Part shown: positions 20,875-31,081 of the stretch, one piece after another
Numbering within the stretch: the first letter of the stretch is position 1
Layout: the number at the start of each line of letters is the position of its first letter
Origin: an uncultured Candidatus Rokubacteria bacterium
GTDB lineage: Bacteria > Methylomirabilota > Methylomirabilia > Rokubacteriales > CSP1-6
Direction of reading: 5' to 3'
NCBI GenBank assembly: GCA_963789955.1
Contig: CAWBMV010000015.1
Coordinates: 160,001 to 224,000 of the forward strand
Length of the DNA stretch: 64,000 nt
Notes under the pieces: model-generated
Told to the model about the DNA's origin: nothing
Seen by the model: the letters and a program-made list of their open reading frames with translations, nothing else
The model's database searches: none
Position numbers and translations under genes: made by a program

Positions 20875-23702
20875 ATGGCAACCACGCGAGCGAGCTACGT
20901 TCGAGTTCCGGACTGGTCGGTGTCCGCACGCTACGCGTTCGCCGTGGCCGCAGCACTGGCGGCCGGCGCGATTCGCGGCGCGCTGACTCCGCTCTGGGGC
21001 GAGGATCTGCCGTTCCTGACGTTCGTGCCCGCAATGGTCCTGAGCGCGTGGGCCGGGGGCTTCTGGCCCGGGCTGGTGACGGCCGTTCTCGGCGCCGGGC
21101 TCGTCACCTACTTCTGGATGCCTCCCTTCTACAGTTTGCAGGTGTCGACCCTCGCCGACGCGCATCGGCCTGCTGTTCTTCATCGCGATCGGCGGGCTGG
21201 TCAGCGCGCTCAGCGAGACCATGCATCGGAGTCGACGTCGTCTCGAGGGCCTGCTGCAGAGCATCGACGAGGGCTTCGTCGTCTTCGACGAAGACTGGCG
21301 CTATCGGTACGTGAACGACCGCGCCGCCGAGCTGCTCCGGCAGCCCGCGTCGTCGATGGTCGGTCGCGCGATCTGGGATCTCTTTCCCGATATCGTCGGG
21401 ACCGACATCGAAACCCATCTGCGCCGCGCGTCGGCCCGCAATGAACCGGTGACCTTCGAGACGTTCTACCGGCCGTACGGTCGGTGGTTCAGGACCCGCG
21501 TCTTTCCCACCCTAGAAGGGTTCTCGGCCCTGCTCGAGGACACCACGGACCGCAAGCACGCCGAGGAAGCGTCGCTCCGGCTCGCCGCGATCGTCCGCTC
21601 GTCCGAGGACGCGATCGTCGGCAAGGACCTGGACGGGATCATCACCGCCTGGAATCCGGCCGCCGAGCGACTCTTCGGCTTCACGGCGCCGGAGGCGATC
21701 GGCCGGTCCATCAGGATGATCGTGCCCGCCGACCGCCAGGGCGAGGAAGACGACGTCTTGAGCCGTCTGCGACGCGGAGAAACGATCGAGCACTTCGAGA
21801 CCGTGCGTGTGCGCAAGGACGGCACGCCGATCAACGTCGCGCTGACGGTGTCGCCGATCAAGGACGCCGACGGCCGCGTCATCGGCGCCTCGAAGATCGC
21901 GCGAGACATCGGCGAGCGAATCCAGACCGAGGCCGAGCGCGCCAGGCTGTTCGAGGCGGAGCAGGCGGCGCGGGCGCGGGCCGAGTCGGCCGAGCGTCGC
22001 TCGACCTTGCTGTCCGAATCGAGCGCCGTCCTGAGCTCCTCGCTCGACGCCGCGACCACCCTGCGCACGGTCTCGCGGCTCGTGGTCCCACGATTCGCGG
22101 ACTGGTGCATCATCGACCTGGTCGGGCGCGACAACACCCTGGAGCGAGTCGCAGTTTCGGCGTCGGGCCCGGACACCGAGGTGCTGCTCTCGGAGCTCCA
22201 GCGATACGCTCCCGACTGGACCTCGTCGCAGCCGTCCGCCGAGGCGCTCCGCTCGCGGGCGACGATCGCCATCCCGGAAGTCACCGAGGAGACGCTCGTC
22301 TCGACCGCGCGTGACGCGCATCACCTGGCGATCATGCGGCAGCTGCGCCCGCGCTCCGCGCTCGCCGTGCCGATGGCGGCTCGTCAGCGCGTCATCGGCG
22401 CCATCACCCTGGTCCGGACCACGCCCGGTCATGCGTACGACACGGCCGACGTCGCGATGGCCGAGGAGCTGGCTCGACGCGCGGCGCTGGCAGTCGACAA
22501 CGCGACGCTCTACAGCGAGGCCGACCAGGCCCGCGCGCAGGCCGAGAGCGCCAACCGGGCCAAGGACGAGTTCCTCGCGGTGCTGTCGCACGAGCTGCGG
22601 ACGCCGATGAACGCCGTCTACGGCTGGGCGCGCATGCTCCAGATGGGCCAGATCGACGCGACGACGACCCCGCGCGCGCTCGATGCGATCGTGCGGAACG
22701 CGCACGTGCAGCTCCAGCTGATCGACGATCTGCTCGATGTGTCCCGCATCGTCAGCGGCAAGATGCGGCTCGACATCCGGCCGGTCGACGTCCACCGCGT
22801 GCTCGAAGGCGCGCTCGACGCGGTCCGGCCGGCGGCCGAGGCCAAGGGGCTCGAGCTCGCAGTCTCTCGTCGATCCGAGCGCCGGCCCGCTCAACGGAGA
22901 TCCCGACCGCCTGCAGCAAGTCGTCTGGAACCTCCTGATGAACGCGGTCAAGTTCACGCCGAGGGACGGGCGGATCCAGCTGGCCCTCCAGCGCGTCGGC
23001 TCGCATCTCGAGATCGCGGTCAGCGACACCGGCGCCGGCATCCGGCCCGAGCTGTTGCCCGTCATCTTCGATCGCTTCAAGCAAGGCGAGAGCGGGAGCA
23101 CGCGCAACCAGGGCGGCCTCGGCATCGGGCTCGCGCTCGTTCGCCACCTGGTCGAGCTGCACGGGGGATCCGTCACCGCCGAGAGCGCGGGCGAGGGGAA
23201 GGGCGCGACCTTCAGGGTGAAGCTGCCGCTCGTGGCCGCGCTCGTCTCCTCGCAGGAAGACCGCGCGCATCCGACCGCCGGACAGCCCGTGTCGGCCTAT
23301 CAAGGTCCGTCGCTCCGTGGCCTTCGTGTTCTCGTCGTCGACGACGATCCGGACGCGCTGGACCTGATCGCGACGATCCTGAGGCGGGCGGAGGCGGAGA
23401 CCCGGCTGTGCTCCTCGCCGCCGGAGGCCCTGGCGGTGCTCCGGTCGTGGAAGCCGCACGTGCTCGTCTCGGACATCGAGATGCCCGGCGAGGACGGGTA
23501 CTCGCTCATCCGCAAGGTGCGCGAGCTGGGCGGATCCGACGGCGGCCAGACCCCGGCGGTCGCGCTGACCGCCTACGGACGTCCCGAGGATCGAGTGCGT
23601 TCGCTCTCGGCCGGCTTCAGCATGCACGTGGCGAAGCCGGTGGATCCGGTGGAGCTCGGCGTGATCGTCGCCAATCTCGCCGGCCGGTCCCCCTCCGGGT
23701 GA
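20875..23702 (+). CDS. Hybrid sensor kinase (TM/DUF4118-like, PAS, PAS, GAF, HisKA, HATPase, REC), frameshifts near 21165 and 22865
   Basis: Two PAS domains, FADWCIIDL GAF, SHELRTPMN, NAVKFT, GGLGIGL, VSDIEMP receiver. Confidence 0.9.
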
Positions 23703-24754
23703 GTCGCGGCGCCGGCCACCTGCTGGCCATCGGCTTCGACGGAACGCGCATTCCGGACGCGCTCGCGGCGCAGGCCGACCGCTCCGGGCTCGGCGGCATC
23801 GTGCTGTTCACGCGCAACTGTCCAACCCTGGAAATCGTGCTCGCGCTGACCGCCGAGGCGCGGCGCCTCGATCCCGACCTGTTGGTGTTGGTCGACCACG
23901 AAGGCGGGCGTGTTCATCGCCTGCCACCACCGTTCACCCGATTTCCGCCGGCGGCAACCATCGGACGGACCGGCGAGCCTCGTCTGGCCGCCGCGGTCGC
24001 GAGCGCGATGGCGCGCGAGCTGCGCGCCGCCGGCTTCGATTCCGGGCTCGCGCCGGTGCTCGACTGCTTGCTCGATCCGGCCAACACGGTGATCGGTGAT
24101 CGGGCTTTCGGCTCGGCGCCCGCCGCCGTGGCGGCGTTCGGCACCGCGTTCGTCGAGGCGATGCTGCCCACCGGGCTCGTGCCCGTCGCGAAGCATTTCC
24201 CGGGGCACGGGCTGACCTCGGTCGACTCTCACCGCGCTCTGCCGGATACGTCCGCGACGCTCGACGACCTGGAGCGCGGCGAGCTCGTGCCGTTCCGCGC
24301 GGTGCTCGCGGCCGGTTGCCCCGCCGTCCTGGTCGCGCACGTCCGCTACCGCGCGCTCGACCCCGAGCTGCCCGGCTCGCTCTCGCCCGCGGTGGTCACC
24401 GGGCTGTTGCGGCGACATCTCGGCTTCGACGGCTTCATCCTGAGCGACGACCTCGAGATGGCGGCGGTCGCCGGCACGTGGGGCGTCGCGGACGCGGCGC
24501 GGCGGTTTCTCGGCGCCGGCGGCGATCTCGCGCTGATTTGCCGGAGCGAGGAGTATCGAAGCCAGGCGCTGGCGACCATCGAGCGCGAAATCGAGCGCGG
24601 GGCTCTCGACCCGGCGCCGGCCGCGCGGCGGCGAAGGGCGATCCGCCGGCTGATCGACGCCGCCGGCCGCCGCCCGGACGTCTCGGTGATCGGCTGCGCG
24701 GAGCATCGCGCGCTGGCCGAGGAGGTGGAGCGGCGCTCGGCCGAGCGGGGCTGA
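23699..24754 (+). CDS. nagZ: Beta-N-acetylhexosaminidase (GH3)
   Basis: GGIVLFTRN, VDHEGGRV, KHFPGHG..VDSH, SDDLEM; GTG start overlapping the kinase stop. Confidence 0.9.
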   Translation: MSRGAGHLLAIGFDGTRIPDALAAQADRSGLGGIVLFTRNCPTLEIVLALTAEARRLDPDLLVLVDHEGGRVHRLPPPFTRFPPAATIGRTGEPRLAAAVASAMARELRAAGFDSGLAPVLDCLLDPANTVIGDRAFGSAPAAVAAFGTAFVEAMLPTGLVPVAKHFPGHGLTSVDSHRALPDTSATLDDLERGELVPFRAVLAAGCPAVLVAHVRYRALDPELPGSLSPAVVTGLLRRHLGFDGFILSDDLEMAAVAGTWGVADAARRFLGAGGDLALICRSEEYRSQALATIEREIERGALDPAPAARRRRAIRRLIDAAGRRPDVSVIGCAEHRALAEEVERRSAERG

Positions 24755-24773
24755 GCGTGCGATCCTGGGTGGG

Positions 24774-25688
24774 ATGACCAGCCCGCCGCCGGCGCGCCGA
24801 GAGTTCCTCGCCATCACGGGTCGAGTCCTGGCGAGCGCCGGGATACTGGCCATCTCCCGGCCTTGGTACGTTTCGGCCGGGGCTCCCGATCCGAAGGTCT
24901 TCGAGGGGCGTGAAGTTTTCGATCGGCTCCTGACCCTGGCGCGCGAGCGCCGGTGGAGCGAGCTGCCGATCGGCGAGCGCATCGGCGCGATCGGCATGGC
25001 CTTGCGGCAGACGCCCTACGTCGCCTCGACCCTGGAGCTCTACGACGACCGCGAGGTGTGCTCGGTCGACCTTCGGGGGCTGGACTGCGTCACGTTCTTC
25101 GAGCTGGCGCTCGCCTTCGCGCGGATGCTCAAGCGCGGTGAGCGGACACCGGACGCGCTGCTGGCCGAGGTCACCTTCCTTCGCTATCGCGGCGGCCAGC
25201 TGACCGACTACGCCTCACGGCTGCACTACCTGAGCGACTGGTTCGCTGACAACCAGGCCAAGCGCGTCGTCCGGCTGATCACCCCCGAGCTTCCCGGCGC
25301 CGAGCGCTTCACCCGGCGCGTCAGCTTCATGAGCGCGCATCCCGGCGCCTATCGACAGCTCAAGGCGAGCCCCGACCAGCTCGCGAAGATCGCGCTGATC
25401 GAGGCCGAGATCAATGCGCGTACGACCTTCTATCTGCCGAAAGAGAAGGTCGCGGCCGCCCAGCGGCTGTTGATCACCGGCGACATCGTCGGCGTCACCA
25501 CCACGATCGACGGCCTCGACTGCGCCCACTCCGGCCTGGTGTACCGGGACGAGGCGGGGGTCCCGAGGCTCCTGCACGCGTCGACCACGCGAAACGCGGT
25601 CGTCCTCGACGAGGACCTGGCGACCTACGTGGCGAGCGTGCGGACGCACAGCGGCATCATGGTGGCCCGTCCGCTCGAGGTGACGTAG
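24774..25688 (+). CDS. DUF1460 / AmiA-like N-acetylmuramoyl-L-alanine amidase with Tat signal
   Basis: RREFL twin-arginine motif; TPYVASTLE, LDCVTF, RYRGG, SRLHYLSDW, GLDCAHSG, LLHAS. Confidence 0.85.
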   Translation: MTSPPPARREFLAITGRVLASAGILAISRPWYVSAGAPDPKVFEGREVFDRLLTLARERRWSELPIGERIGAIGMALRQTPYVASTLELYDDREVCSVDLRGLDCVTFFELALAFARMLKRGERTPDALLAEVTFLRYRGGQLTDYASRLHYLSDWFADNQAKRVVRLITPELPGAERFTRRVSFMSAHPGAYRQLKASPDQLAKIALIEAEINARTTFYLPKEKVAAAQRLLITGDIVGVTTTIDGLDCAHSGLVYRDEAGVPRLLHASTTRNAVVLDEDLATYVASVRTHSGIMVARPLEVT

Positions 25689-25691
25689 CGC

Positions 25692-25892
25692 TCAGAGGAG
25701 CGAGCGGAGCCGCCGGCCGAGGCTCGTGAGCACCTCGGCGACGCGGCGCCGGCGCGGCCGCCGGCTTCGGCGAATCGCGTCGAGCACAGACCGATGCGCG
25801 GCCGCCCTGCGGGCCGCCTCGAGGCGGTCGTGAACGAGAAAATCCGCGTGGTATTCGTTCAGCCACACCGGCGGTCCGCCGTCGCGGATCAT
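25692..25892 (-). CDS. Small basic hypothetical protein
   Basis: ATG overlaps the GNAT stop (ATGA); 66 aa; no recognised motif. Confidence 0.5.
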   Translation of the reverse strand: MIRDGGPPVWLNEYHADFLVHDRLEAARRAAAHRSVLDAIRRSRRPRRRRVAEVLTSLGRRLRSLL

Positions 25893-26383
25893 AGAAGTCG
25901 CTCCATCACGACGACGTCGACCCACTTGCCGTCCAGCTGCCCCTGCTCGCGGTACACGCCGACCTCGGCGAAGCCGAGCCGCCGGTAGAGCGTGAGACCG
26001 GCCGCGTTGAAGGGGAAGGCCGCGAGCACGAGCTTGTGGTACGCGAGCTCGCGCGCCCGCGCGATGAGCGTCTCGAGCAGCCGGTGGCCCACGCCCCGCC
26101 CGCGCCAGTCACGCCCGACGTAGACCGAGAAGTCCGCGACGTGATCGTAGGCGGGCCGCGGGTTGAACGAGTTCAGGCTGCCCCAGCCGACGACGCGACC
26201 GTCCACCTGGCCGACGATGACCGGGTGGCGGGGACCGCGCGCCGCGAGCCAGCGCCGCCGCTCTTCGGCCGAGCGCGTCTCGGTCTCGAGCGTCGCCAGA
26301 CGGTCCTCGATGCCCTGGTTGTAGATCACCGCGATCGCGTCGGCGTCGGCCGGCTCGGCGTCCCGAATGGTCACGTGGCTCAT
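25889..26383 (-). CDS. GNAT acetyltransferase, phosphinothricin/arsinothricin (ArsN1-like) family
   Basis: IYNQGIEDRLATLE, FNPRPAY, SVYV...RGRGVG, LDGKWVDVVVME. Confidence 0.85.
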   Translation of the reverse strand: MSHVTIRDAEPADADAIAVIYNQGIEDRLATLETETRSAEERRRWLAARGPRHPVIVGQVDGRVVGWGSLNSFNPRPAYDHVADFSVYVGRDWRGRGVGHRLLETLIARARELAYHKLVLAAFPFNAAGLTLYRRLGFAEVGVYREQGQLDGKWVDVVVMERLL

Positions 26384-26409
26384 ACCCCAAGTGTCCGGCG
26401 TGTCTGTGG

Positions 26410-26446
26410 ATTCATAAAATGAATTGTTTGAATATGTTCGATTCAA
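26410..26446. promoter_or_regulatory. Probable LysR operator sites
   Basis: AT-rich inverted repeats ATTCAT-aaa-ATGAAT (26410-26424) and TTGAAT-N7-ATTCAA (26428-26446) between the divergent GNAT and LysR genes. Confidence 0.6.
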
Positions 26447-26485
26447 GATAATGTGTCCCGAACACGCGGGAGGGCACGCACACGC

Positions 26486-27400
26486 GTGGACATCAATCCG
26501 GTACACGTCCGAACGTTGCAGGCGATCGCGCGCTCGGGAGGCTTCTCGCGGGCGGGTGAGATCCTGCACCTGAGCCAGCCGGCGATCAGCCATCACGTTC
26601 GTCATCTCGAGCGCGTGCTGGGGGTGCCGCTCCTGGTGAGGCGCGGCCGGCGCGCGTCGCCCACCGAGGCCGGCGCGGTGCTCCTCGAGCACGCCGGGCG
26701 CGCCTTCAAGGTGCTGGACGAAGCGCGCGAGGCGATCCAGCGGCTGCGGGGTCGCGTGGCCGGGCGCGTGACCGTCGGCACGGGCGCCACCGCCAGCATC
26801 TATCTCTTGCCGGCGCTGCTCCGGCGGCTCCGTGCACGACATCCGGATCTCGAGCTGGTCGTCGTGACCGGCAATGCCGGCGAGATCGCGTCGGCCGTAT
26901 CGCGCGGTGAGCTCGACGTCGGCGTCGTGACGTTACCCATTGCGGTCGGCCGAGGCTTGCTCGTCTCGCCGTTCTACGTCGATCGGCTCGTGGCGATCGC
27001 GCCGCCCGACCGGCGCTGGCGACGACGAGCGCCGATGACGGCCGCCGAGCTGGCCCGCGAGCCGGTGATTCTCTACGAGCGCGGCGGGACCATCCGGCGC
27101 GTGGTGGACGACTGGTTCCGGCGCGGCCGGGCCACGCCTCGGGTCGCGATGGAGCTCGGGAACGCCGAGGCGACCAAGAAGCTGGTCGGCGCCGGGCTCG
27201 GCCTCTCGGTCGTCTCGGAAATCGCGGTCAAGGCCGACGCGAGGGCCGGCGCGCTGAACGTGATTCCGCTGCGTCCGGCGCTCCACCGGAGGATCGGGAT
27301 CGTCCGGCGGCGCGAGCGCTCGCCGCGTCCGGCCTTGCTGGCCTTCATGACCGCGCTCGAGAGCGCCGCGAAGCGGGTGCGCGGCGGGGCGAATCCTTGA
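26486..27400 (+). CDS. LysR-family transcriptional regulator
   Basis: GFSRAGEILHLSQPAISHHVRHLE HTH; GTG start after GGAGG. Confidence 0.93.
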   Translation: MDINPVHVRTLQAIARSGGFSRAGEILHLSQPAISHHVRHLERVLGVPLLVRRGRRASPTEAGAVLLEHAGRAFKVLDEAREAIQRLRGRVAGRVTVGTGATASIYLLPALLRRLRARHPDLELVVVTGNAGEIASAVSRGELDVGVVTLPIAVGRGLLVSPFYVDRLVAIAPPDRRWRRRAPMTAAELAREPVILYERGGTIRRVVDDWFRRGRATPRVAMELGNAEATKKLVGAGLGLSVVSEIAVKADARAGALNVIPLRPALHRRIGIVRRRERSPRPALLAFMTALESAAKRVRGGANP

Positions 27401-27425
27401 CCCTGTTCGGTGGCGGCGGTAATGT
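27397..27425 (+). promoter_or_regulatory. Sigma70-type promoter of the amidase-LLM-hydrolase operon
   Basis: TTGACC-17 bp-TAATGT, 30 bp upstream of ATG 27456. Confidence 0.5.
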
Positions 27426-27455
27426 CGCTGGCGTTCAGGGAAAAGGGGATGACTC

Positions 27456-28934
27456 ATGAGTGACCGCATCGATGCTTTCGCGACCGCCACCGACATGCTC
27501 GCGGCGCTGCGGGCGCGCCGCGTGTCCGCCGTCGAGCTGCTCGAGCTGCTCCGCCGGCGGATCGAGCGCCACAATCCGGAGCTGAACGCGATCGTCGAGC
27601 CCGACTTCGAGCGAGCGCGGCGTGACGCCGAGGCCGCCGATGCGCGGCGGGCCCGCGGCGAGGACGCGCCGCTGCTCGGACTGCCGATGACCCTGAAGGA
27701 ATCGATCAACGTTCGCGGCCTGCGCACCACCGCCGGCATGGCTCAGTGGAAAGACTTTCGCTCGGAGCACGACGCGCCCGTCACGACGCGGGTGAAGGGC
27801 GCGGGCGCGGTGGTCATGGCCAAGACGAACGTGCCGCAGATGCTCGCCGACTGGCAGTCGGTCAACCCGGTCTACGGGCGGACCAACAACCCGTGGGACC
27901 TCGGGCGAACGCCGGGCGGCTCGACCGGCGGCGGGGCCGCCGCGCTCGCGGCCGGGTTCACGCCTCTCGAGTTCGGCAGCGACATCGGCGGCTCGATCCG
28001 GGTGCCCGCGGCCTTCTGTGGGGTCTACGGTCATCGCCCGAGCGAGACGGCGATGCCGCGCAGCGGACAGTTCCCGATGCCGCCGATGCCGAACGCCGCG
28101 GTCGTGATGGGTGTGCAGGGGCCGATGGCGCGCTCGGGCGACGATCTCGAGCTGGCGCTCGACGTCGCGGCGGGGCCCGAAGTCGGCGAGGACGTCGCGT
28201 GGAAGATCACGCTTCCGCCGGCCCGCCGCGATCGGCTGGCGGGCTTTCGGGTCGCGGTGCTGCCGGCGCTCGACTGGGTGCCCGTCGACGCCGAGGTGCT
28301 CGCCGCGCTCGACGGCGTCGCATCGAGTCTCGGCCGGCTCGGCTGCCAGGTGAAAGTCGTTCAGCCGGACGCGCTCGGCGATCACCGGCAGCACTACGCG
28401 CTCTATCTGTCGCTGCTCGCGGCCGTGACCTCCGCCCGCGTGCCCGCCGCCGACCGCCGCGCGCGGCTCGACGTCATGCGGACGCGCGACGACGAGTGGA
28501 GCCGCGCCTCTCAGCGCGGCATCGAGAGCGGCGCGCCGGACTACGTCGCCTGGTTCGGTCAGCGCGAGCAGTATCGCGCGGCGTGGCGCGCGTTCTTCCG
28601 GGAGTGGGACGTGCTCCTGATGCCCGCGTTCATCACGCCGGCGTACCCGCACTGGGACAAACCGTTTCCGGGGACGCCGGAATCGATCAAGAAGACGCTC
28701 GACGTGAACGGCAAGCCCGTGCTCGAGGAGATCGGCCTGTTCTGCGCGTCGGTCGCGACCTTGGCCGGGCAACCGTCGACGGCGTTTCCCGCCGGCCGCA
28801 GCCGCGGCGGCCTGCCGATCGGGCTGCAGGCCATCGGACCGTACCTCGAGGACCGCACGCCGATCCGGTTCGCGTCGCTGGTCGGGCGCGAGCTCGGCGG
28901 CTTCGTCCGCCCGCCGCGGTACCAGGGAGACTGA
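27456..28934 (+). CDS. Amidase (amidase-signature family)
   Basis: LKES, GGSTGG, GSDIGGSIRVPA (Ser-cisSer-Lys triad). Confidence 0.95.
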   Translation: MSDRIDAFATATDMLAALRARRVSAVELLELLRRRIERHNPELNAIVEPDFERARRDAEAADARRARGEDAPLLGLPMTLKESINVRGLRTTAGMAQWKDFRSEHDAPVTTRVKGAGAVVMAKTNVPQMLADWQSVNPVYGRTNNPWDLGRTPGGSTGGGAAALAAGFTPLEFGSDIGGSIRVPAAFCGVYGHRPSETAMPRSGQFPMPPMPNAAVVMGVQGPMARSGDDLELALDVAAGPEVGEDVAWKITLPPARRDRLAGFRVAVLPALDWVPVDAEVLAALDGVASSLGRLGCQVKVVQPDALGDHRQHYALYLSLLAAVTSARVPAADRRARLDVMRTRDDEWSRASQRGIESGAPDYVAWFGQREQYRAAWRAFFREWDVLLMPAFITPAYPHWDKPFPGTPESIKKTLDVNGKPVLEEIGLFCASVATLAGQPSTAFPAGRSRGGLPIGLQAIGPYLEDRTPIRFASLVGRELGGFVRPPRYQGD

Positions 28935-28940
28935 GGGCCT

Positions 28941-30194
28941 ATGAAGATCAGCGCATTCCACTTGATGCCGCACCGGGAGCTCCCGGCCGACTTCGAGCAG
29001 CGCTACGAGTCCGTCTGGGTGACGCCGCCCTGGTGGGAGCTCGCCGACGCGCGCCGGGTCGGCCAGTACTACAACTGGACGCTCGACGAGCTCACGTACG
29101 CGGCGAAGTGTGGCTTCGACGGCGTGTGCACGAACGAGCACCACCAGAACGCGTACGGGTTCATGCCGAGCCCGAATCTGATGGGCAGCGTCCTCGCGCG
29201 GGCGACGAACGGCATGGATGTCGCCATCGTGCAGATGGGCGCGACCCTGCCGACGTCCAATCCGCCGCTGCGCGTCGCCGAAGAGTACGCGATGCTCGAC
29301 TGCATCAGCGGTGGACGGCTGGTCGCCGGGCTCCCGCTCGGCAGCCCGATGGACGTCAACCTCTGCTACGGCATCACGCCGATGGAGCACCGCGAGCGCT
29401 ATCGCGAAGCCGTCGCGCTGACGCTCAAGGCCTGGCAGGCGCGCGAGATCTTCTCGTGGAACGGGCGCTACTTCCAGCTGGCGACGGTGAATCTGTGGCC
29501 GCGCCCGATCCAGCAGCCGCATCCTCCCGTGTGGGTCCCGGGCTCGGGCAGCATCAGCACCTTCGACTTCGCCGTCGAGCACGACGTCTGCTACTGCTTC
29601 CTGAGCTACTCGGGCGCTCGGTCCGCGAAGACGATGATGGACGGCTACTGGCGCGTGGTGGCCGAGAAGGGCCGCGACGCCAATCCGTACCGCGCGGGCT
29701 TCTTGCAGCTGGTCGTCGTGGCCGAGAACGACGCGCGCGCCGAGGAGAAATACGCGCGGCACGTCGAGTACTTCTATCACAAGTGCCTGCACGTGCCCGC
29801 GATGTGGTTCTCGCCTCCGGGCAACCAGGACTACCGGAGCCTCGTCGCGACGATGAGCAATCCGGTGCGGCGGGCCGAGAATCCGAAGAACCTTCGCTAT
29901 CGTGACTTCGTCGAGAAGGGCTTCGTCATCGCCGGCAGCCCCGCCACCGTGCGCGATCGCCTGAAAGAGGAAGTGATCAAGAGCCTGCGCGTCGGGAACT
30001 TGATGGTGCTCCTCCAGATCGGCTCGATGCCGCACGAGCTGGCCCTCGAGAACATCGAGCTGTTCGGCCGCGAGGTGCTGCCGGGTCTTCGCGGCATCTG
30101 GGACGACGAGGGATGGGTGAATCACTGGTGGCCCGAGCGACTCCGGCAGCGCGCGGTGCCGATGCCGGCTGGTGTCGCGGCGGGCGGCACATGA
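28941..30194 (+). CDS. LLM-class flavin-dependent oxidoreductase
   Basis: NEHHQ..YG.MPSPN, PLRVAEEYAMLDCISGGRL, PRPIQQPHPPVW. Confidence 0.93.
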   Translation: MKISAFHLMPHRELPADFEQRYESVWVTPPWWELADARRVGQYYNWTLDELTYAAKCGFDGVCTNEHHQNAYGFMPSPNLMGSVLARATNGMDVAIVQMGATLPTSNPPLRVAEEYAMLDCISGGRLVAGLPLGSPMDVNLCYGITPMEHRERYREAVALTLKAWQAREIFSWNGRYFQLATVNLWPRPIQQPHPPVWVPGSGSISTFDFAVEHDVCYCFLSYSGARSAKTMMDGYWRVVAEKGRDANPYRAGFLQLVVVAENDARAEEKYARHVEYFYHKCLHVPAMWFSPPGNQDYRSLVATMSNPVRRAENPKNLRYRDFVEKGFVIAGSPATVRDRLKEEVIKSLRVGNLMVLLQIGSMPHELALENIELFGREVLPGLRGIWDDEGWVNHWWPERLRQRAVPMPAGVAAGGT

Positions 30195-31018
30195 GCGTCC
30201 GCGTCGAAGCGCCCGCCGCGACCGGGGCGGACGAGCGCATCATCACCGTCTGGCAGGGGCGGGTTCGCATGCGCGTCGTCTCGAAGGGACGCGGACCCGC
30301 GCTGGTCTTCTTCCACGGTCCGTGGGGGCTCACGTGGGATCCGTTTCTCGACCAGCTGGCCGAGAGCTTCACGGTCTACGCGCCCGACCATCCCGGGACG
30401 ACGCCCGAGGCGCACGACGACGTCTACCACCTCGACGGGCTCTGGGACCTCGTGCTCTGCTACGACGAGCTCCTGGAGACCTTGGGCATCCGCAACGCCG
30501 CGTTCGTCGGCCACTCCTTCGGCGGGATGGTCGCGTGTGAAGTGGCGGCGTCGTATCCCGATCGCGTTCGGCGCCTGGCGATGATCGCGCCGCTCGGCTT
30601 CTGGCGTGATCCTGACCGCATCGTGAACTGGATGATGCTCGAGCCCGCCGCGCTACGCGCTCACATCTTCCGCGATCCCGACGGCGACGCCGCGCGTCGC
30701 ATGTTTCCGCGGTCGGACGCGCAAGACGCGGCGGCAACCGCGGCGCGCGTGCGACTCATGTGGGCGATGGGCACGACCGGGAAATTCATCTGGCCCATTC
30801 CCGACAAGGGCCTGAAGAAACGGATTCACCGCGTGAAGGCGCCGACCTTGCTGGTCTGGGGTCGCGAGGATCGCCTGGTCCCGGCGGTCTACGCCGACGA
30901 GTTCACGCGCCGTATTCCGGGCGCTCGCGTCCAGATGATCGACAGCGCCGGTCACGCGCCGCATCTCGAGCAGACCACGCCCGTGGTTCGCGTCCTTCGG
31001 GATTTTCTCGCTCAGTAG
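30191..31018 (+). CDS. Alpha/beta hydrolase
   Basis: Nucleophile elbow GHSFGG, WGREDRLVP, AGHAPHLE. Confidence 0.92.
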   Translation: MSVRVEAPAATGADERIITVWQGRVRMRVVSKGRGPALVFFHGPWGLTWDPFLDQLAESFTVYAPDHPGTTPEAHDDVYHLDGLWDLVLCYDELLETLGIRNAAFVGHSFGGMVACEVAASYPDRVRRLAMIAPLGFWRDPDRIVNWMMLEPAALRAHIFRDPDGDAARRMFPRSDAQDAAATAARVRLMWAMGTTGKFIWPIPDKGLKKRIHRVKAPTLLVWGREDRLVPAVYADEFTRRIPGARVQMIDSAGHAPHLEQTTPVVRVLRDFLAQ

Positions 31019-31081
31019 CGGTGCGCGGGCTTGCGCCTGATCGAGGTCAGGCGCAGCGCCGGTCCTACGAAGCTCGCGCGC

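Noticed and set aside
21221..24754. 1177-aa ORF that looks like a PAS/GAF kinase-NagZ fusion
   Set aside because: A frameshift near 22865 shifts the kinase into the nagZ frame. The intervening translation is junk, and the true HATPase-REC is in another frame ending at 23702.
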